Assembly (NCBI GenBank): GCA_050950825.1
Contig: JBMNIH010000003.1
Coordinates: 160,001-224,000, forward strand
Reading direction: 5' to 3'
DNA: 64,000 nucleotides
DNA from: Clostridia bacterium
GTDB taxonomy: Bacteria > Bacillota > Clostridia > JAAYHZ01
Notes under the pieces: generated by a model
What the model was told of the DNA's origin: nothing
Databases searched by the model: none
The model's input: the letters and a program-made list of their open reading frames with translations, nothing else
Translations under genes and position numbers: made by a program
Shown here: positions 59,582-64,000 of the stretch, one piece after another
How the letters are laid out: each line of letters begins with the position of its first letter
Position numbering within the stretch: the first letter of the stretch is position 1

Positions 59582-60379
59582 TCAACCCTTTACTCCCTCG
59601 GTTTCCAAATCATCCAATCGCTTGACCAAACGGCAATAGCGATCCAATTCTTCCTTGTCCGTAATCTTTCTTCCGGATGCATAAAACTCCACGAAGCCGG
59701 ATCCTTCCGGAATATTTCCTCTTTGCTCCAATATACGCTTTAAGTTTTTTACGGTACCCCTATTGCCGTCTATAAGCAGGATTCCTTCAGGCAGCAATCG
59801 ACGAAACAAACCGTAAAAATACGGGTAATGGGTGCAGCCCAGTACGACGGCTCCGTAGGATTCCATCGGCACACGGGACAAAACGTTTTTCAGGTATTCT
59901 TCCGCCTCGGAAGAGTCAAACCGGCCCTGCTCTGCAAAATATACGAGCTTCGGCAGGGGAATATAGTCTACGATATGGCGCGGGTCCACTTTTTTTATCA
60001 GGTTTTGGAACTTCTCTTCTTTTAAAGACAATTCCGTAGCAAAAACCAATACCCTTTTGTCGGAATTCCCTACGAATTCCACGGCAGGCTTTACCGCCGG
60101 TTCCATTCCGATAACGGGAAAGTCGTATTTTTTCCTCAAATCCTCAATGGCGGCGCTTGTCGCGGTATTGCAGGCAACCACCAAAGCTTTAATACCCTTT
60201 TGAACCATAAAATCCACTGCGGAAAAAACGTAATCTTTGACTTCCTCTTTACTTTTCTCACCGTAAGGAACATGGGCGGAATCTGCATAGTACAGGTAGT
60301 CTTCATCGGGAATCATCTTTAAGGCTTTATGCAAAACCGTTATCCCTCCGATGCCTGAATCAAAAAAACCTATTTGCAA
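59582..60379 (-). CDS. murI: Glutamate racemase
   Basis: FFDSGIGG, VACNTAT, LGCTHY; TTG at 60379 after GGAGG. Confidence 0.93.
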   Translation of the reverse strand: MQIGFFDSGIGGITVLHKALKMIPDEDYLYYADSAHVPYGEKSKEEVKDYVFSAVDFMVQKGIKALVVACNTATSAAIEDLRKKYDFPVIGMEPAVKPAVEFVGNSDKRVLVFATELSLKEEKFQNLIKKVDPRHIVDYIPLPKLVYFAEQGRFDSSEAEEYLKNVLSRVPMESYGAVVLGCTHYPYFYGLFRRLLPEGILLIDGNRGTVKNLKRILEQRGNIPEGSGFVEFYASGRKITDKEELDRYCRLVKRLDDLETEGVKG

Positions 60380-60548
60380 AGCATCGCCTCCAAATGATCG
60401 CTCGTTATAAGCATGAATCTTACCCCATTTTACAATTATCGTTAAGGTTTGTAAAGAAGAAGGCAAAAAGCTTGTCTTGCAGCTTTTCGGCCGTCCGTAT
60501 ATAATGATTCAGTATGATTGACTATGCAAACAAAGGAACGTAAATCAA

Positions 60549-61462
60549 ATGGGAAATATTAATTGGCAGTTTCTATTATCCATGCTTATCATCGCCTTAG
60601 GCTACGTTACCAAAAGGATCGGTTTGGTTACGGAAAAAGACGGAGAGGGCATCGCCAAAGTGATTTTCAACTTCTCTTTACCGGCCTTGGTCATAAACAC
60701 CTTCAGCACCATGAAGGTGGAAACCTCCCTTGTATGGCTTCCCGTCATAAATATCATGTACGGATCTCTTATCGCTTTTCTCGGTTTTCTTTTGATTAAG
60801 GATACGGATAGGAAAAAAAAGAGGGATGCTGATCTATTTGCTTCCCGGCTTTAACATCGGCCTTTTCGCTTATCCGCTTGTAGAAGCCATTTGGGGACAA
60901 GAAGGGTTGAAGCACTTCGGCATGTTCGATATGGGAAATGCCATCGTTCTATTCGGCCTGTGCTATATCTTGGCAGGCCACTTTTCGTCGGAAGAAGAAA
61001 AAGCGGATTTTAAATCCATTGCCAAAAAATTGATCAAATCCGTTCCTTTGGTTTCTTATGTCCTTACGTTGACCTTAATTTGGCCGGACTTCGTTTCCCG
61101 AAAATCTTTGTGGACATATGCGGAATACTGGCGAGAGCCAACATGCCTTTGTCCTTGCTTTTGCTGGGCATATATCTTAGCTTCTCCTTCGATAAAGCTA
61201 TTGGAAAAGCATGGGAAAGGTTTTGGCCATCCGTTACGTTACGGGAGCCGTTATCGGCACCCTTTTGTACTTGATCCTGCCTTTCGCCCCCCTGTTTAAA
61301 ACCACGATTTTAATCGGAATGATTCTTCCTATCGGAATGGCGGTGATCCCCTATTCCATTCAATTCGATTACGACCGCCGCTTTGTAGGCACAACCACCA
61401 ATTTAACGGTGATCATCAGCTTCGTATTGATGTGGCTCATTGTTTCATTGAGCCCGGTATAA
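60549..61462 (+). pseudogene. AEC family transporter split by three frameshifts (pseudogene or sequence error)
   Basis: FSLPAL, NIGLFAYPLVE, FDMGN, ANMPLSLLLLG, LPIG found in four successive ORFs. Confidence 0.8.
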
Positions 61463-62680
61463 AGAGGAGACGGGAACCGTTGTTTTTTTCTTTACCAATC
61501 CGGCTTCTTTAATGCCTTTTTGCACAAACTCGTTTTTCATGAACAAATCCCAAACAAGACCGCTTCGGTAATTTTCCATCATCAGCAGGCTGATGCCCTT
61601 GTCGATGCCGATTACGTCCTTGGCCGTCCAATTTAAATCCAAGTTGTAAGCATCCTGAAGGCCGTAAGGCCCGATTAAATTTTCTTGTCTGTAGTAGCGA
61701 TGAAGAGCCGCAATGGATTCTTTCGGCGTGAAAACAATAGACCCGATGGCTCCGCAGGGAGGTACCGTTCCGTTGTTTCCAAAATGAACATCCTCCGTTT
61801 TACGAGGCGGACTTCCGTACAGGGTTCCGTATCCTTTCGGTCCGTCGCAGGCCGTCAATCCCCAAGAATCCTTTCCGAATGTTTTAAAGACATGCTTAAA
61901 ATCCACGGCATACTGCCATGCCGCTTGGCTTGCGCGAACGGAGTTTTCAAACCAGTTTACGCCTTCTTGGTCGTATAGGCTTCGAAGATCAAACCACGCA
62001 TGGGTGAATTGGTAAGTAAAAAGGGCTCCGGTATAAGAATAGATAAAAGGCAAAACGGGACCGTAACCGTCTATGTACCTTTCGAAGCTATATAAGGCGC
62101 TGCCGTCCACCTTCTTCGGAGAAGCGCAGGCAAAAAAATAGATCATCAATTGCTCCGCGTAGCTGTCCCAATAGCCGAAAAAACCGGTTTCCGGCTTGTA
62201 ACCCAAACGGAACAAGCGGGAGTTTTGATCGAAAAACCACGGCCAGTCCATTCGCTCGTAAAGCCGGTACGCCTTCTCCCGTATCTTATCACCGAAAAAC
62301 TCCGCCGCCGTGACGGCACCGCACAACAATATGGCGGTATCGATAACGGAAATCTCGCACTTCCAAATCCTTTTTCCGGTGTCCGGATGCAGAAAATGAT
62401 AAAAGAATCCCTTCTCTCCTTCCGCGTTATGTAAAAAGGTATCCAAGGTTCCGGCCGCTCGCAGGTAAGCTTCTTCAAACGAAACCCATCCTCTTTTCAC
62501 GCCGATGGGAAGAGCCGACAAAGCAAAGCCCACAGCGGCTATGCTCGATACGTGAGGATTCGACGGAGCGCGGTCCCGCACCAGCCCGTAGCCGGGACTT
62601 TCGATGTCCGTATTGGCTTCTCTCCACAAGTATTCGAAGCATTTTCTGCTTTCCAGTTCTAACAAGACCTCCGTGTTCAT
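61445..62680 (-). CDS. Glucoamylase-like / GH144-type beta-1,2-glucanase-like protein
   Basis: GLVRDR, SIAAVGF, GFFYHF, EISVIDT, LFTYQF, WGLTACD, IGIDKG. Confidence 0.8.
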   Translation of the reverse strand: MNTEVLLELESRKCFEYLWREANTDIESPGYGLVRDRAPSNPHVSSIAAVGFALSALPIGVKRGWVSFEEAYLRAAGTLDTFLHNAEGEKGFFYHFLHPDTGKRIWKCEISVIDTAILLCGAVTAAEFFGDKIREKAYRLYERMDWPWFFDQNSRLFRLGYKPETGFFGYWDSYAEQLMIYFFACASPKKVDGSALYSFERYIDGYGPVLPFIYSYTGALFTYQFTHAWFDLRSLYDQEGVNWFENSVRASQAAWQYAVDFKHVFKTFGKDSWGLTACDGPKGYGTLYGSPPRKTEDVHFGNNGTVPPCGAIGSIVFTPKESIAALHRYYRQENLIGPYGLQDAYNLDLNWTAKDVIGIDKGISLLMMENYRSGLVWDLFMKNEFVQKGIKEAGLVKKKTTVPVSSLYRAQ

Positions 62681-62795
62681 GTACGCGGTTTTCCCCCAAA
62701 AAAAAATAAAATAAAGACCTTATCAATTTTATATATTCTATACACATCCATTATATGCATCGGTGTCAGAAGGGTCAACGAACATGTTTTACCAA

Positions 62796-64000
62796 ATCGG
62801 GTAGGAGACTACTCATTAATTGAGTAGCCGTCCTCCCACACCACCGTACGTACCGTTCGGTATACGGCGGTTCAACAAGAGTTCAATTTCTTAAGCAAGT
62901 TCAGCTATAAAGCCAGTGTATCCGCGCTTCTGAAGGCGCTCGTTCGTAATGGTTTGTGAAAGTATGGGGCTATTGGCAATTCTCCAGTAGCCTTTTCTTG
63001 TATTGGCAAATTTCCATGCTTTCTGTCTGTCCAATCCCAGTTTCACTAGATTTTGAAAACGGGTACGGATTTTCTTCCATTGTTTCCAGATACACATTCG
63101 CAGTCGCCTGCGTGTCCATTCATCCAGTGAACGTGCGAGAGATTTCATGTCCGCAATTCTGAAGTAGTTGACCCATCCTTTGATGAGTTGCTTTATCTTC
63201 TGCAGGCGAACGTCTATACTCACCCCGTTGCTCCTTGATGTTATGTTGCGTATCTTTTCCTTTAATCTCTCTACGGACTTTTTGTGTACCCGGATTCTCA
63301 CGCCTTCTTTCCCGTGATAGAATGAGAATCCAAGGAACTTTCTCTTCCACGGTCTGTCAACCGCGCTCTTCTCGCGGTTAACTCTTAACCTCAGTTTTCC
63401 TTCCAGAAATTTAGTGACACTCTGCATCGTGCGTTCAGCCGCTTTCCTGCTTCTCACATAAATATTGCAGTCATCAGCATAACGGCAGAATTTATGTCCC
63501 CTCTTCTCCAGTTCTTTATCCAGTTCGTTCAGCATAATGTTGCTTAACAGGGGACTGAGTGGTCCGCCCTGTGGGCATCCTTCTTCAGTTTCGATTACGA
63601 CCCCGTTTATCATGACGCCCGCTTTCAGATATTCCCGGATAAGCTTCAGTACCCTCTTGTCTTTTACCCTCCTTGCCACCAGCGCCATGAGTTTATCATG
63701 GTTCACAGTATCAAAATATTTCGCAAGGTCGATGTCCACTACCCAGTCATACCCTTCATTTATATATCCCTGTGCTCTTTTTATTGCTTGGTGAGCACTT
63801 CTTCCCGGCCGAAATCCAAAGCTGTTCTCCGAGAATTCAGGGTCAAATATGGATGCAAGTACTTGGGCAATGGCCTGCTGAACCATCCTGTCGACTACCG
63901 TGGGAATCCCCAGTAACCTGACTCCTCCGTCCGGTTTCGGTATCTCCACTCTCCGAACGGGCTTGGGACGATACGTCCCTGCCTTCAATTCCCCGATTAG
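62796..64000 (-). mobile_element. Group II intron, class C (3' part; 5' end outside the window)
   Basis: Short domain V GAACCGCCGTATACCGAACGGTACGTACGGTGGTGTG with CGC triad; domain VI ending ...CCTACCCGAT at 62796. Confidence 0.92.
62891..64000 (-). CDS. ltrA: Group II intron reverse transcriptase/maturase (5' partial)
   Basis: IPKPDGGVRLLGIP, PQGGPLSP, RYADD, FLGF, domain X GWVNYF; no endonuclease domain; frame open to the window edge. Confidence 0.95.
   Translation of the reverse strand, partial: LIGELKAGTYRPKPVRRVEIPKPDGGVRLLGIPTVVDRMVQQAIAQVLASIFDPEFSENSFGFRPGRSAHQAIKRAQGYINEGYDWVVDIDLAKYFDTVNHDKLMALVARRVKDKRVLKLIREYLKAGVMINGVVIETEEGCPQGGPLSPLLSNIMLNELDKELEKRGHKFCRYADDCNIYVRSRKAAERTMQSVTKFLEGKLRLRVNREKSAVDRPWKRKFLGFSFYHGKEGVRIRVHKKSVERLKEKIRNITSRSNGVSIDVRLQKIKQLIKGWVNYFRIADMKSLARSLDEWTRRRLRMCIWKQWKKIRTRFQNLVKLGLDRQKAWKFANTRKGYWRIANSPILSQTITNERLQKRGYTGFIAELA

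Noticed and set aside
62891-64000. RT as a retron, DGR or defence RT
   Set aside because: Has maturase domain X and is directly followed by intron domains V-VI
1-64000. CRISPR arrays, tRNA or rRNA genes
   Set aside because: No regularly spaced repeats, cloverleaf motifs or rRNA signatures seen by eye

Overview
64-kb window from an endospore-forming anaerobic Bacillota (Clostridia-like) chromosome. Left to right: two tandem lipoprotein serpins, each behind the same ECF-type promoter; a monomeric TSCCCP-type [FeFe]-hydrogenase; a sporulation/germination block (tgl plus an unknown partner, and a gerA-family operon in order A-C-D-B); an AraC-linked oxidoreductase/TIM-barrel sugar operon; a BceRS-BceAB module; a 1131-aa lyase-like protein; an AAA-ATPase/RloB defence-like pair; msrA; two c-di-GMP enzymes; a Leu T-box with leuA; a 2.4-kb relic serine-recombinase element inserted into a terminator hairpin; znuACB; rplY; a stand-alone carB with an ARG box; and a decayed patch (lipoprotein and APH relics). 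Next to that patch is an apparently orphan c-di-AMP riboswitch followed by an unannotated ~220-nt structured, terminated RNA-like element, which is the best novelty candidate. The right part holds carbohydrate-uptake and regulatory genes, a chromate-transporter pair, murI, a frameshifted AEC transporter, a GH144-like gene and the 3' part of a class C group II intron. No rRNA, tRNA or CRISPR array was seen. All calls come from reading motifs by eye; no searches were run.
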